Below are positions 40,026-49,744 of a stretch of DNA of 64,000 nt, in pieces. The DNA lies in NCBI GenBank assembly GCA_049970055.1, contig JBMFNR010000001.1, positions 192,001-256,000 of the forward strand. Reading direction: 5' to 3'. A program made the position numbers and the translations under genes. Under the pieces are notes generated by a model. That model saw only the letters and a program-made list of their open reading frames with translations. It was not told the origin of the DNA and searched no databases. Within the stretch, counting starts at the first letter, position 1. Every line of letters begins with the position of its first letter. The stretch comes from Fervidobacterium sp. Its GTDB lineage: Bacteria; Thermotogota; Thermotogae; Thermotogales; Fervidobacteriaceae.

Positions 40026-40304
40026 ATGGCATCTAAAAAAGGCTTGACAGTAACACTTATAGTTATCGCTATCATCGTTGTTGCTATTATCTGGGCGGTA
40101 GCTGCAAATAAGAGCAAAGCAGCCGCAACAACACAAGAAGCAACAACAACACAAGAAGCAACAACAACACAAGAACCAACAACAACACAAGAAGTAACAA
40201 CAACACAAGAAGCAACAACACAAGAAGCAACAACAGAAGAAGCAACAACAACACAAGAAGCAACAACAGAAGAAGCAACAACAACACAAGAAGCAACATA
40301 TTGA
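40026..40304 (+). CDS. 92-aa membrane-anchored Thr/Glu/Gln tandem-repeat protein
   Basis: GGGAGG RBS, basic N-terminus plus hydrophobic helix, EATTTQ-type repeats, own promoter and terminator. Confidence 0.85.
   Translation: MASKKGLTVTLIVIAIIVVAIIWAVAANKSKAAATTQEATTTQEATTTQEPTTTQEVTTTQEATTQEATTEEATTTQEATTEEATTTQEATY
40125..40298 (+). repeat. Coding tandem repeat, about 10 units of 18 bp (GAAGCAACAACAACACAA) with 15-bp variants
   Basis: Read directly. Confidence 0.95.
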
Positions 40305-40325
40305 TCTTTCTTAGGTAAGAACAAT

Positions 40326-40351
40326 AAACGCGGGCTAAACGCCCGCGTTTT
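40326..40351. terminator. Bidirectional terminator
   Basis: AAACGCGGGC-TAAAC-GCCCGCGTTTT. Confidence 0.88.
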
Positions 40352-41640
40352 CATTTTTCAAAGCGTTTGTATATTTCGTCTATGTTTCTTAAGTAGTAAT
40401 CAGGTTTAAACAATTCATCTAGTTTTTCACCTAAATGCTGCATGATTTTTTCGTCTTTTTTCAGTAGCTGCTGGAAGTCCTCCCCACTTTCCCAACAATG
40501 CAGTGCGTATTTTTGGATTAACGTGTAAGCTTCCTCCCTACTTATGCCTGCATCAACGAGTGCAAGCATAACCCTTTGTGAGTAAATAAGACCTCTTGTG
40601 ATCTCCATGTTCTTCTTAACGTTTTTTTCGAAGATTACCATATTTTCAATCAAATACTTTGTTTTTTCAAGCATATAATAAATAGTCATCGTCGCGTCTG
40701 GTATGATGTAACGCTCGTTCGAAGAATGTGATATATCTCGTTCGTGCCACAGAGCCATATTTTCAAATCCAACTTGTGTGTAACTTCTAATCAGTCTCGC
40801 CATACCAGTAAGTCTTTCGCAGAGGATAGGATTTTTCTTGTGCGGCATAGCGGAAGAACCTCTTTGCCCTTCTTTAAATGGCTCCATCACTTCAAGAACT
40901 TCTGTTCGCTGCAAGTGTCTTATTTCAATTACAATTCGTTCTATTAGACCAGCTAGCAAGGCAAGCAGTGATAACATATGAGCTATGTAATCTCTTGGAA
41001 TAACTTGTGTGGCTACTGGTGTTGGCTTTAACCCAAGTTTACCAAGTGCGATTTTTTCGATTTCTGGATCTATATTTGCGTAATTTCCAACTGCACCACT
41101 CAGTTTGCCAACAGCGATTTCTTCGCGAAGGTACCTTAACCTATCAATATTTCTTTGCAGTTCCGCATACCATGAAAGAAACCTTAGCCCGAAAGAGGTT
41201 GGTTCTGCGTGTACTCCGTGTGTTCTACCTATTGTAGGCATATCTTTGTATTCCAAAGCTTTCTCGTACAAGACATTACCTAAGTTTTTACAAGATTCCA
41301 TTATTGTATCAAGTGCTCGAATTATGGCAAGCGAGTTTGCTGTATCAACAACATCAGACGAAGTTAAACCGTAGTGGAAAAACCTTGCTTCATCTCCCAT
41401 ATTCTTTGTCACAGCTTTGATGAACGCAATAACATCGTGGTCAACAACCTTTTCAATTTCGAGAATCTCATCAACATCTATAACCGCTTTATAACTTATA
41501 CTTTTTGCGGTTCCTTTTGGCGCGATACCTTTTTCTTCGTAAGCTTCAACAACGGCAAGCTCAACTTCAAGCCATCGTTTATATTGTTCCTTCAACGTCC
41601 AAAGACTTTTCAAAGGTTCCAAAGCATACCTTTCTACCAC
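40351..41640 (-). CDS. purB: Adenylosuccinate lyase
   Basis: HYGLTSSD, GRTHGVHAEPT, GSSAMPHKKNP, WHERDISHS. Confidence 0.97.
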   Translation of the reverse strand: MVERYALEPLKSLWTLKEQYKRWLEVELAVVEAYEEKGIAPKGTAKSISYKAVIDVDEILEIEKVVDHDVIAFIKAVTKNMGDEARFFHYGLTSSDVVDTANSLAIIRALDTIMESCKNLGNVLYEKALEYKDMPTIGRTHGVHAEPTSFGLRFLSWYAELQRNIDRLRYLREEIAVGKLSGAVGNYANIDPEIEKIALGKLGLKPTPVATQVIPRDYIAHMLSLLALLAGLIERIVIEIRHLQRTEVLEVMEPFKEGQRGSSAMPHKKNPILCERLTGMARLIRSYTQVGFENMALWHERDISHSSNERYIIPDATMTIYYMLEKTKYLIENMVIFEKNVKKNMEITRGLIYSQRVMLALVDAGISREEAYTLIQKYALHCWESGEDFQQLLKKDEKIMQHLGEKLDELFKPDYYLRNIDEIYKRFEK

Positions 41641-41644
41641 TTTC

Positions 41645-42313
41645 TTATCCCCCCCACTGCGGTGAATCAACGATAACTTCGTATCCTCCGTTTTTTCTTC
41701 CTCTTAGAGCAACTAATTTTGCTTTTTTCTCCGGAGTTCCATGTAAAAAGCACATTCTTTGAACTATCAATTTATTCTTAGATAGTAGATCCATCACGGG
41801 AACTAATAATTTTGGTGAGAAAACAAAAACGAATGTTCCTTTATTTCTCAAAAGATAGGCGCTTGAATTAATAAAATGCTCTATGAGTTCCAAACTTGCG
41901 TTTCTTGAAATTTTTCTAACTTCGTCAGGGCTTTCTTTTCCGACGTGAAAAGGAAAATTTGAAACTACCATATCGAAACTTTCGGGTTTGAAAAATTTTC
42001 TGATGTATCTCACATCACAGCACGTAAAGTGAACCTTTCCTTCAAGGTGGTTTAATTGAATCCCCTGGATGGCAAGCTCGTAGAGTTGTTCTTGAATTTC
42101 CACTCCTTCTACATATAAATTATACAATGTGGCTAGGGCAAATGCAACTACACCTGTTCCACTACCAAGTTCGATAGCTTTTCTGATATCGCTTGTAGGC
42201 CTAGAGTACCAAACTAAAAAAGCCGACGCGTGCGTCGGCTTATGTGAATCATTATGCAATATTTTTATATTCTTTATGATATCGCTTGAAAACTTTCCAA
42301 ATTCAATCGGCAT
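41645..42313 (-). CDS. SAM-dependent methyltransferase, tRNA1(Val) A37 N6-methyltransferase-like
   Basis: ELGSGTG, GVEIQ, VVSNFPF. Confidence 0.75.
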   Translation of the reverse strand: MPIEFGKFSSDIIKNIKILHNDSHKPTHASAFLVWYSRPTSDIRKAIELGSGTGVVAFALATLYNLYVEGVEIQEQLYELAIQGIQLNHLEGKVHFTCCDVRYIRKFFKPESFDMVVSNFPFHVGKESPDEVRKISRNASLELIEHFINSSAYLLRNKGTFVFVFSPKLLVPVMDLLSKNKLIVQRMCFLHGTPEKKAKLVALRGRKNGGYEVIVDSPQWGG

Positions 42314-42314
42314 T

Positions 42315-43208
42315 TTATCCACCAACGAAGTCAACGAGAGATTTTTGAATGGCCATAGCAGCTGATTTCAATGCGGCCTCTAGCACCGACTGCTGCATTG
42401 ATAAGTGTGTCAAGACTTGCGTTAAGTCTGTATCCTGCTCTTTTGATAAGTATTCTGTATTAAACAATTTTAAATCTTCAATCCTTGATGAAACCATTTC
42501 TGCCATTCTTGAGGTTGAACCTACGTTTGCAAAATGCTCCATAACAGACTTTTCGAGCGTATCGATCTCTTTGAGAGAAATATTCGAAAGTTTCTCTTCT
42601 TCTCCTTTGTAAAGTGATTGGATAGCATCATCTATGGTTGAAAATACAGTTTTGCCATTATTTAACGTAAACACGTCGTAAACGGTCACACCGTAAGTTA
42701 TACTGTAGCCAAGTACGTTTGCTTTTCTGCGAACATTTGCTTCGATAGGTGTTACTATATTGCCATTCTCATCGACAGGTCTAAGCTCAGATCTTGCACC
42801 ACCAAATATGTATTCATCGCCGACACGTGTGTTGGCTATTTCTATTAAATGTTCTTTTATGGCTTTTAACTCAGCTGCAATAGAGTTTCTTTCGTCGACG
42901 GTGTTAGTTCCATTTGCACCTCTAACCATCAACTCGCGAACTCTGTGGTAAAGGTCTGACAACTCCTGCAATGTAGTATCATAAGATTGAACAAAATTAT
43001 TTACGTGATCAACATTCCTTTTGAACTGCTCAAGTTCTCTAAGCCTACTTGTTATATTCGACGCTCTTGTTGCAATAACAGAATCGTCACTGGGGTATTG
43101 AACTTCTTTTCCTGACGAAAGTTTATCGTGTAACCTTGCTATTCTGTACAAGTTTTGTTGTATATTAAATAGTGAGCGATCATTTATCATGTTATTTGTG
43201 ATGCGCAT
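42315..43208 (-). CDS. flgL: Flagellar hook-associated protein 3
   Basis: MRITNNM, LSSGK...PSDD, YIFGG, SLVDF. Confidence 0.93.
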   Translation of the reverse strand: MRITNNMINDRSLFNIQQNLYRIARLHDKLSSGKEVQYPSDDSVIATRASNITSRLRELEQFKRNVDHVNNFVQSYDTTLQELSDLYHRVRELMVRGANGTNTVDERNSIAAELKAIKEHLIEIANTRVGDEYIFGGARSELRPVDENGNIVTPIEANVRRKANVLGYSITYGVTVYDVFTLNNGKTVFSTIDDAIQSLYKGEEEKLSNISLKEIDTLEKSVMEHFANVGSTSRMAEMVSSRIEDLKLFNTEYLSKEQDTDLTQVLTHLSMQQSVLEAALKSAAMAIQKSLVDFVGG

Positions 43209-43239
43209 ATTTTCGCCTCCTTTGGTTAAGTGTTTTCAA

Positions 43240-45783
43240 TTATCTACCAACCAATCCTAATTTATCGATAACTCTTGAAATCATATCATCAACGGCTGTC
43301 ATAACCCTTGCAGCGGCATTGAAAGCTTGCTGATATTTAATCATGTTAGCCATCTCTTCGTCCAGCGAAACACCTTTTACTCTTTCCCTTTCACCATCGA
43401 TCTCTTGTTTCATTAAATCGGTGTTGCTCTTTATCTTCATTGCTGTTTCACTTTCAACACCGAGTTCCGCAACAATACTTCCAAGGTACTCGTTAAATGA
43501 TTCCAATCCATCGTTCAGTACCTTTTTGTTTCTCAGAGAAGATAACATCTCTGCAATCTTTGTATTTGCCCTACCTGAAGGTTTAAATACCTTTGCATCC
43601 CAATTTGGATTTTCTTCGGTGTATCCAATGTCAACTGCTATAGTCTCAGGATTGCTCTGTATCGTTGAATTAACTTTTAGCTTTTCTATAAATCTGTAGG
43701 GTTCTTTAGGCAGTTGTTTATCGATAAACAATGCATCAGCTTTTATATATCTCATGCGTTGGTCTTCTGGCTTTTCATATGGGTTAACAAATACAAAGCC
43801 TTCATCCCAATCGTTTAACGTACTACCATCTGGGTCGATAAATCCTAATGAACTCCACAATGCTTCGGGGCCTTGTATCACTTTTTTCAGCTCAAAGCCA
43901 AGTGATCTGGAACCTCTAAGGACAAATTTACTATGCGGTGTAACTTCTGCTATAATACCAGTATTTGCTTCATTTATCCTGTCTGCGAGATCTCTTAGCG
44001 TCATTTTTGTTGGATCAATTCGTATCTCTGTTGCACCAATTCTTATTGAAAATGCCTGATTTCTTTTTAGGATATTCTCGAGTGTCTCCTTGCCTGTATC
44101 AAGTGCTTTGTAAGTTTCAACATGCAAATTTGCTTGTGTGAATAATCCGTCAGGGTCTGATAATCTGAGATTTTTAATGTTAAAGTCATTTGACTTTGTA
44201 GGCATTATAAGTAATTTATCATCATGAACATACGCGTTTATATGTGCACCAAAGTGTGTGTTCAGCTGACTTGCTAAGTCTTCGATGGTTGTGGAATTTG
44301 TAATATTAATAATTTCCTCTACGCCGTTAATCGATATTTTGTACTGTCCGGCTTTAACTTTGAAATCATTTCTATTAATGGCAAATATATCAACATTTTT
44401 CGTTGCAAAACCCATAGTATTAAACATATTACCATTGAAATCCAGTGCCAGAGTGTTTCTTAAATTCTCGGAAGATTCAAAATAAAGCCTGTAACTGCCA
44501 TCACCATGCGCCCCCACCTTTAGGTCAAACCATCTCTCCGCTATTCCTGATAGACTTGATTGGAAATCTCCAACGTCATCGTACGGATTAACCCTTGCTG
44601 CGAATGTTGTGTTAGTTCCGTTGAAAAACACAACTGATCCCTTTTCAATAAATGGTTTTGTAATTATATCAGAGACGTTTATTCGATCACTCATACCAGA
44701 AATGAAGTTTATTGGGCCATTTTCAACCCTTTTCGCACCTGCAAGTCTGTAGAGAACAGCATCTTTTATTCTATCAGCCTCGACATCGCTGAAAAATTTT
44801 AGCCCAGTAACGCTCCCATCACCGTTGAAACCATCTTGATGCACTAAATTGAATTCATCAGAAAGGGAAAGTGCGAATTCGTCCAATCGGTTCATGTATT
44901 TAACAAGTGTTTCATCTCTTAAATCAAATAAACTTTTCAATTTTCCATCGTTTATTTGTACAATTGAATTTCCAGCGAAGATCTCCTTAAAACCTTTTCC
45001 GTAAGGTCGTTCAAGAGCTCTTAGTTCAACGGCATCCTGACCGGCGAGAACTATCTGATTACCGATTCTCAATGTGATTTGCCCAGCATTGTCTTCGTAA
45101 TAATAAATGTCTGCGAGGTTAGAAAGTTCGTCCAAAATTCTGTCCCTTTCATCAAGCAGATCATTAGGTGTATATTTTAAACTAACTGCAGTTCTAACTT
45201 TTGAATTTATATCTGCAAGTCGTTTAACCATAGCGTTTATCTGTTGTGTTCTTTGAGCAATCTCGTTATCTATATCTACTCGCAATTGTTCTAACCTTGT
45301 ATAAAGATCTTTAATATGTTGAACGAGTTCTTCTGACCTGTTTACAAGCCCTCTTTTAGCTGCAGTGTTCGTTGGGTCCGTAATTACTTCTTCTACTCCA
45401 GACCAGAACGAATCAAAAAGTGAACGGATACCAGCTTCTGAAGGTTCGGCGAAAAGTTGTTCTACAAAGTGTAGGTTTGATGTTGTCGTATCCCAGTAAT
45501 TGTATTTGTTGTTTGTTTGGCGGTACTGTATATCTAAGAACGCATCCCTTACTCTTTTTATGTCTCTGACGTAAACACCTGTACCAATTTGGAGTGGGAT
45601 AGATGGCTGGGTGAGTGAAGAAAGTGGTATTGGAGGCATTGTTAATAGCTCCGGCCTTTGCCTTGAAAAGCCTGGCGTGTTGGCATTTGATATGTTATGA
45701 GCTACTACGTTCATTGCAAGTTTGCTTGCGTAAACTCCGAGTAGACCTGTATTTAAAGTTCCAAAAAGACTTATATCTGGCAT
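43240..45783 (-). CDS. flgK: Flagellar hook-associated protein 1
   Basis: HNISNANTPGFSRQ, NDLLDERD, GVSLDEEMANMIKYQQAFNAAAR. Confidence 0.95.
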   Translation of the reverse strand: MPDISLFGTLNTGLLGVYASKLAMNVVAHNISNANTPGFSRQRPELLTMPPIPLSSLTQPSIPLQIGTGVYVRDIKRVRDAFLDIQYRQTNNKYNYWDTTTSNLHFVEQLFAEPSEAGIRSLFDSFWSGVEEVITDPTNTAAKRGLVNRSEELVQHIKDLYTRLEQLRVDIDNEIAQRTQQINAMVKRLADINSKVRTAVSLKYTPNDLLDERDRILDELSNLADIYYYEDNAGQITLRIGNQIVLAGQDAVELRALERPYGKGFKEIFAGNSIVQINDGKLKSLFDLRDETLVKYMNRLDEFALSLSDEFNLVHQDGFNGDGSVTGLKFFSDVEADRIKDAVLYRLAGAKRVENGPINFISGMSDRINVSDIITKPFIEKGSVVFFNGTNTTFAARVNPYDDVGDFQSSLSGIAERWFDLKVGAHGDGSYRLYFESSENLRNTLALDFNGNMFNTMGFATKNVDIFAINRNDFKVKAGQYKISINGVEEIINITNSTTIEDLASQLNTHFGAHINAYVHDDKLLIMPTKSNDFNIKNLRLSDPDGLFTQANLHVETYKALDTGKETLENILKRNQAFSIRIGATEIRIDPTKMTLRDLADRINEANTGIIAEVTPHSKFVLRGSRSLGFELKKVIQGPEALWSSLGFIDPDGSTLNDWDEGFVFVNPYEKPEDQRMRYIKADALFIDKQLPKEPYRFIEKLKVNSTIQSNPETIAVDIGYTEENPNWDAKVFKPSGRANTKIAEMLSSLRNKKVLNDGLESFNEYLGSIVAELGVESETAMKIKSNTDLMKQEIDGERERVKGVSLDEEMANMIKYQQAFNAAARVMTAVDDMISRVIDKLGLVGR

Positions 45784-45825
45784 GTCTTCACCTGCCTTTT
45801 GTTTATCTGTTTTCTTGACGGCAGT

Positions 45826-46287
45826 TTACTTTAAGTTATCGTATCTTGCTGTTCCCTGTGTCTGTGTATAGCCGATATTTCTATTTGGTGAGATGTTATA
45901 CGTTGGTGAGTGAACGCCTTTGATAAGGTTGTTAAGAAACCCAGCGTACTGATTTTCAAATTCAATCAACTGCCTTATCCCATCCATTACTATCGTCAGT
46001 TCGTTGAGCTTCTCAACAACCTCGGCTGATAATAACGCGATTTCATCATTTTCTGGTGTTTGGTACTTTTCCAAATAGTCTCGTAAAGTACTAGCTTGGA
46101 ATTGGCTGAGTAACTTTTCTCTTTCTTCTTCTATTTTTAAAAGCTCTAAGCTTAATTCTTCAATATTTACTGCGTATTTAGATAGCTGATCCAAGTCTTT
46201 CTTAACAAGACATATTTCAAGCCCTTTGAAAGCTTGAACCATACTATTTAAAATATTTATTTGTTTCTTGAGGTTTTCTTTAATCAA
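45826..46287 (-). CDS. flgN: Flagellar export chaperone FlgN
   Basis: Helical 153-aa protein between flgM and flgK. Confidence 0.7.
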   Translation of the reverse strand: MIKENLKKQINILNSMVQAFKGLEICLVKKDLDQLSKYAVNIEELSLELLKIEEEREKLLSQFQASTLRDYLEKYQTPENDEIALLSAEVVEKLNELTIVMDGIRQLIEFENQYAGFLNNLIKGVHSPTYNISPNRNIGYTQTQGTARYDNLK

Positions 46288-46290
46288 CTA

Positions 46291-46575
46291 TCATCCCTCC
46301 AAAAGTTTTTTTGCAATTTTCTCGGGGTTCACAGAAAACGCGTTATTTTCAATAGCTTTTTTAATTTTTTCAACTAGTTCGACTCTTACCTCAGGATAAC
46401 TTTTGGCCATTTCAATGTATTGAGCAACCTTTTTACCTTCTTCGATAACAAGCTTATCTGCCTCTTGTGCTCCATTTGATTTTTCTACGCGTTTGTCTTC
46501 TTTTCCTTGTTTTTTTAACTCAGGAATGTTCTGCGTACCTTGAAGTTGGTTTAATTTGTTGATTTTATCGATCAC
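46291..46575 (-). CDS. flgM: Anti-sigma-28 factor FlgM
   Basis: PEVRVELVEKIKKAIE...VNPEKIAKKLL C-terminal motif. Confidence 0.85.
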   Translation of the reverse strand: MIDKINKLNQLQGTQNIPELKKQGKEDKRVEKSNGAQEADKLVIEEGKKVAQYIEMAKSYPEVRVELVEKIKKAIENNAFSVNPEKIAKKLLEG

Positions 46576-46614
46576 AACCTTCACCCTCCTTTCTTTTTCC
46601 TTCTTCTTTTTTTA

Positions 46615-46641
46615 TTATCGACTTTTATTTGTTTTTTTTAA
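46615..46641 (-). promoter_or_regulatory. Probable sigma-28 promoter of flgMNKL
   Basis: Minus strand (T)TAAA-N14-GTCGATAA versus consensus TAAA-N15-GCCGATAA. Confidence 0.55.
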
Positions 46642-47099
46642 TAATGGTACCTTTCGTTATTCAATATTTTATAAGATCTAAAGATTTGTTCCAAAAGTAA
46701 AACTAAGCACATTTCGTGGGTAAATGTCATCTTAGAAAACGAGATTCGCAATTGCGCTTTCTGTTTTAACGATTCATCAACGCCAAGTGGACCGCCTATA
46801 ACGAAAATCAATTCAGATGAAAAGTTTATAGAAGATTTTATAAAGTCAGCAAATTCTGTACTTGTATATTGTTTCCCCCACAGATCAATAAGAATGTACT
46901 TGCGCCCTTTTAACCTCTTTTCTATCTGTTGTGCCTCACGCTTGAGGATAACTTTCTCATCTTCCTTATTTAGATCTCCACCAAGTTCTACAAACGATAC
47001 ATGAACTTTTGTAAACCTATCGAGCTTTTCTAGATAATAATCAAAAGCAGGTTGTAGATGTTTGGATAATTTTCCAGGAATAATTATCTCCACTTTCAA
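46638..47099 (-). CDS. rlmH: 23S rRNA pseudouridine1915 N3-methyltransferase
   Basis: [17 protein letters not shown]...LLEQIFR, ERYH. Confidence 0.93.
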   Translation of the reverse strand: MKVEIIIPGKLSKHLQPAFDYYLEKLDRFTKVHVSFVELGGDLNKEDEKVILKREAQQIEKRLKGRKYILIDLWGKQYTSTEFADFIKSSINFSSELIFVIGGPLGVDESLKQKAQLRISFSKMTFTHEMCLVLLLEQIFRSYKILNNERYHY

Positions 47100-47129
47100 T
47101 TTTATAACCCCTTTTCTTAACGATGCCTT

Positions 47130-48410
47130 TTACAAAGGTGTGTAAAAGTACACACCTCCTATTTCCGTTATCTCACCAGTAGCGATAAGAGAATTTATAC
47201 ACTTTTCAAAGAGCTTTTCGTCGTTATAGAAGATTAGTTCTTTTAAATAATCCAATTCTTCTTTAAAGATGAATGTTACTGAAAGTATCCTTTTCAAATA
47301 ATAATTAAAGGTTGATATAATAAGATTTTCAAGGTCTGTAACTATTTTCGCAGGTGTGGAATAAGAAATATAGTCACTGTCATCTAATCCTTTCAAACAA
47401 CCACTTCTTTTGATAGCTTCAAGGTAGCTTTTGAATTCAGATGTTGAAACTTTGAATTCACTTTGAAGTAAGTTATTAAGAGATTTTACTCTTCCAGAAA
47501 AGAACGCTTTGTAAGTTTTTTCTACGAATTCTAAAAGATGGTAGTAGTTCACTGGATATTTTTCGAGTATAGTCGAAAAAAACGCTTTTGATCTGTTGAT
47601 TTCATACACACCGTCTTTTACTATCACAATATTGTCACTTATTAGGTAATCGAGGGCCGTTTTTACATCACTTAAATCTAAGTTGCGCTCTTTTATAAAT
47701 GTTGGTAAAGTTAATTCCCGAAGATTTTCAAATATAATTGCCTTTAAGAGTGCTAGTTTTATGTTTTTTAATCGCTCTGGTTTTTGTACCCGTCTTTCGT
47801 ATATAGCCTCACTAAGTTCATGAATCGTTTGTAATCCATACTTTGTTGGATTTACACTGAATGCAGCCAAAAATCTTGACAAATTCTCTAATGTGAATTC
47901 CTTTCCGGAGCGCTTCAAAAAAACTTCAATTTCTTCCGACAATCTGTCTATAGGATCGGTAAGTTTTTCATTTTTTACTATATCTTCGTAGGGAATAAAA
48001 AGGTCCACCGCAGATATTAATTCGTAGCTTGCTGATTTTGTTCTTGCAAGTGCAATTACTTTCTTGCCGTAAGATTTCAATTTATAAACCAATGCTGTGA
48101 AATCAGCATCGCCTGTAACAAGGAAAAACGTATCAATTGCACTGTTGCGTAAAGCTATCTCTGTGCAATCGACAGCAAGACGTATATCATTCCCTTTCTT
48201 ATTTGGTAGGAATTCTGCTTCTGGAATTTCCACAAGTTCTATTCCGTAATTGTATAGAACAAATGAAGCCATTTTGTGTTTTGACCATGAGCCATACGCT
48301 TTTCCTCCTACGATCTTTCCATACGTTTGTATTTCCTTATACACGAGCTGAACGTCAACAGGTTGGTTCTGAAAATCAAATAGGGCAAATATGTTGTTTA
48401 CACCCTCCAC
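47130..48410 (-). CDS. NYN domain (PIN-like nuclease) protein with long C-terminal extension
   Basis: FDFQN, KAYGSW, KKGNDIRLAVD, LVTGDADF, YGKKVI. Confidence 0.8.
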   Translation of the reverse strand: MEGVNNIFALFDFQNQPVDVQLVYKEIQTYGKIVGGKAYGSWSKHKMASFVLYNYGIELVEIPEAEFLPNKKGNDIRLAVDCTEIALRNSAIDTFFLVTGDADFTALVYKLKSYGKKVIALARTKSASYELISAVDLFIPYEDIVKNEKLTDPIDRLSEEIEVFLKRSGKEFTLENLSRFLAAFSVNPTKYGLQTIHELSEAIYERRVQKPERLKNIKLALLKAIIFENLRELTLPTFIKERNLDLSDVKTALDYLISDNIVIVKDGVYEINRSKAFFSTILEKYPVNYYHLLEFVEKTYKAFFSGRVKSLNNLLQSEFKVSTSEFKSYLEAIKRSGCLKGLDDSDYISYSTPAKIVTDLENLIISTFNYYLKRILSVTFIFKEELDYLKELIFYNDEKLFEKCINSLIATGEITEIGGVYFYTPL

Positions 48411-48449
48411 AGTTATCCCCCCTGGAGAATTAAAAAAGAATAAAAAGCA

Positions 48450-48971
48450 TTACCTTTCATCTTTGAAGACTTTGCATATTTCTGTTTTGCATTCTTTATT
48501 GTCAATTAACTCGTACACTTCTTTACCAACCGGATTGTCAATACCAGCAAGATAATCTGCAAGATGGAGATGGAGGCATTTTACACTTGTAAGATTTCTA
48601 ATTCCGCCTGTTCCTAAGTTTTCAAAATACTTATTCCATTTTTTATCCCCGTTTTTTAATAATTTTCGCCTTTTATGCGAAACTTGAAAATTAGCGTTGA
48701 CGTACTTATTTGCAAAATCTTTATCGTTAAGGATTTTCTCTTCAAATTTAGATATGAATCTCTTTTCCTCAAGGCGAGAGACTTCTTTTACCAAGTAGGG
48801 ACAGGTTAGATAATGGATCGTGGGAAATGGCTGGTTGTCTTTTACAGGATAGCTTAAAATAACAATTGGGTAGCCAAAAGAACAGTACTTAATGACAGCG
48901 ACCACATTAGTAACATTTCTTTGGAGTTGACCCCTAACAATTTCTAAATCTTTATCACTAATGCGTTCCAT
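48450..48971 (-). CDS. DUF501 family protein
   Basis: QLQR, PFPTIHYLTCP, SRLE, GGI, VKCLHLH, NPVG. Confidence 0.85.
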   Translation of the reverse strand: MERISDKDLEIVRGQLQRNVTNVVAVIKYCSFGYPIVILSYPVKDNQPFPTIHYLTCPYLVKEVSRLEEKRFISKFEEKILNDKDFANKYVNANFQVSHKRRKLLKNGDKKWNKYFENLGTGGIRNLTSVKCLHLHLADYLAGIDNPVGKEVYELIDNKECKTEICKVFKDER

Positions 48972-49744
48972 TCATCCATCACCATTTTTTCCAGAATGTT
49001 GTAGCTTTCAAATAAATTCACCTTTGGTAGAATAATCCCGGAAATTATCAACAAACCGTCTTCTTTTAAATAGTCTTTTGCATTTTTCAACATTTTCACA
49101 AGTATTTCAGCGATTATATTTGAAACTATGATATCGAATTTTCCATCGACATTCGAAAAGAGATCGGACCATCTCACTTCTATGTCAACACCATTCCTAA
49201 TGGCATTTTCTTGTGCAACTTCAACCGCCAAGGGGTCGTTATCAACACCTAAAACTCTATTTGCCCCCAATTTCTTAGCAAGAATAGCAAGAATACCACT
49301 TCCACATCCTAAGTCAAGAACGTCCATGCCGGGTTTTAGATACTTTTTTAAGAACATTGCTGACATCTTTGTTGTTTGGTGGAGTCCAGTACCAAAGGCA
49401 AGACCCTGAGGTATACGTAGTACTACTGTGTCCTTAAGGTGGCTTAAATCATGTTCCAATGGATCTATCCACACACCTTCGATCATTTCGAATGGATCTG
49501 TAATAATGTTTTTCAACCAATCTTCGGGTTTACTCTCGCGCATTCCCACATAACCTAGCCCAAGCTGTAAGAGTTTGTTTTTCAGCTCTTCTAAATCTTC
49601 TTCATAAGGCGAAACAACAGCGAGGAACTTTCCCTCGCTGCTATCTATAGTGTAATAGTCATATTCTCCATACAGTAAATCATCGATAAGATCAAGAGAG
49701 ATCTCATTTAACGTAAATACTAATTCTTTGAAAATCTTACTCAG
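48944..49744 (-). CDS. prmA: Ribosomal protein L11 methyltransferase, apparent CTG start
   Basis: GLAFGTGLHQTT, LDLGCGSGILAI, DNDPLAV, ISGI; frame open 65 codons upstream of the tracked GTG, to a CTG 6 nt after AGGAGGA. Confidence 0.88.
   Translation of the reverse strand: MSKIFKELVFTLNEISLDLIDDLLYGEYDYYTIDSSEGKFLAVVSPYEEDLEELKNKLLQLGLGYVGMRESKPEDWLKNIITDPFEMIEGVWIDPLEHDLSHLKDTVVLRIPQGLAFGTGLHQTTKMSAMFLKKYLKPGMDVLDLGCGSGILAILAKKLGANRVLGVDNDPLAVEVAQENAIRNGVDIEVRWSDLFSNVDGKFDIIVSNIIAEILVKMLKNAKDYLKEDGLLIISGIILPKVNLFESYNILEKMVMDEWNALVIKI

Noticed and set aside
40125..40298. Repeat as a possible CRISPR array
   Set aside because: Units abut with no unique spacers, lengths are multiples of 3 inside an ORF, and no cas genes are present
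39981..40354. Cys-rich, Val-rich and Leu-rich minus-strand ORFs
   Set aside because: Antisense shadows of the ACA/GAA/GCA repeat; only the + strand ORF has a promoter, RBS and terminator
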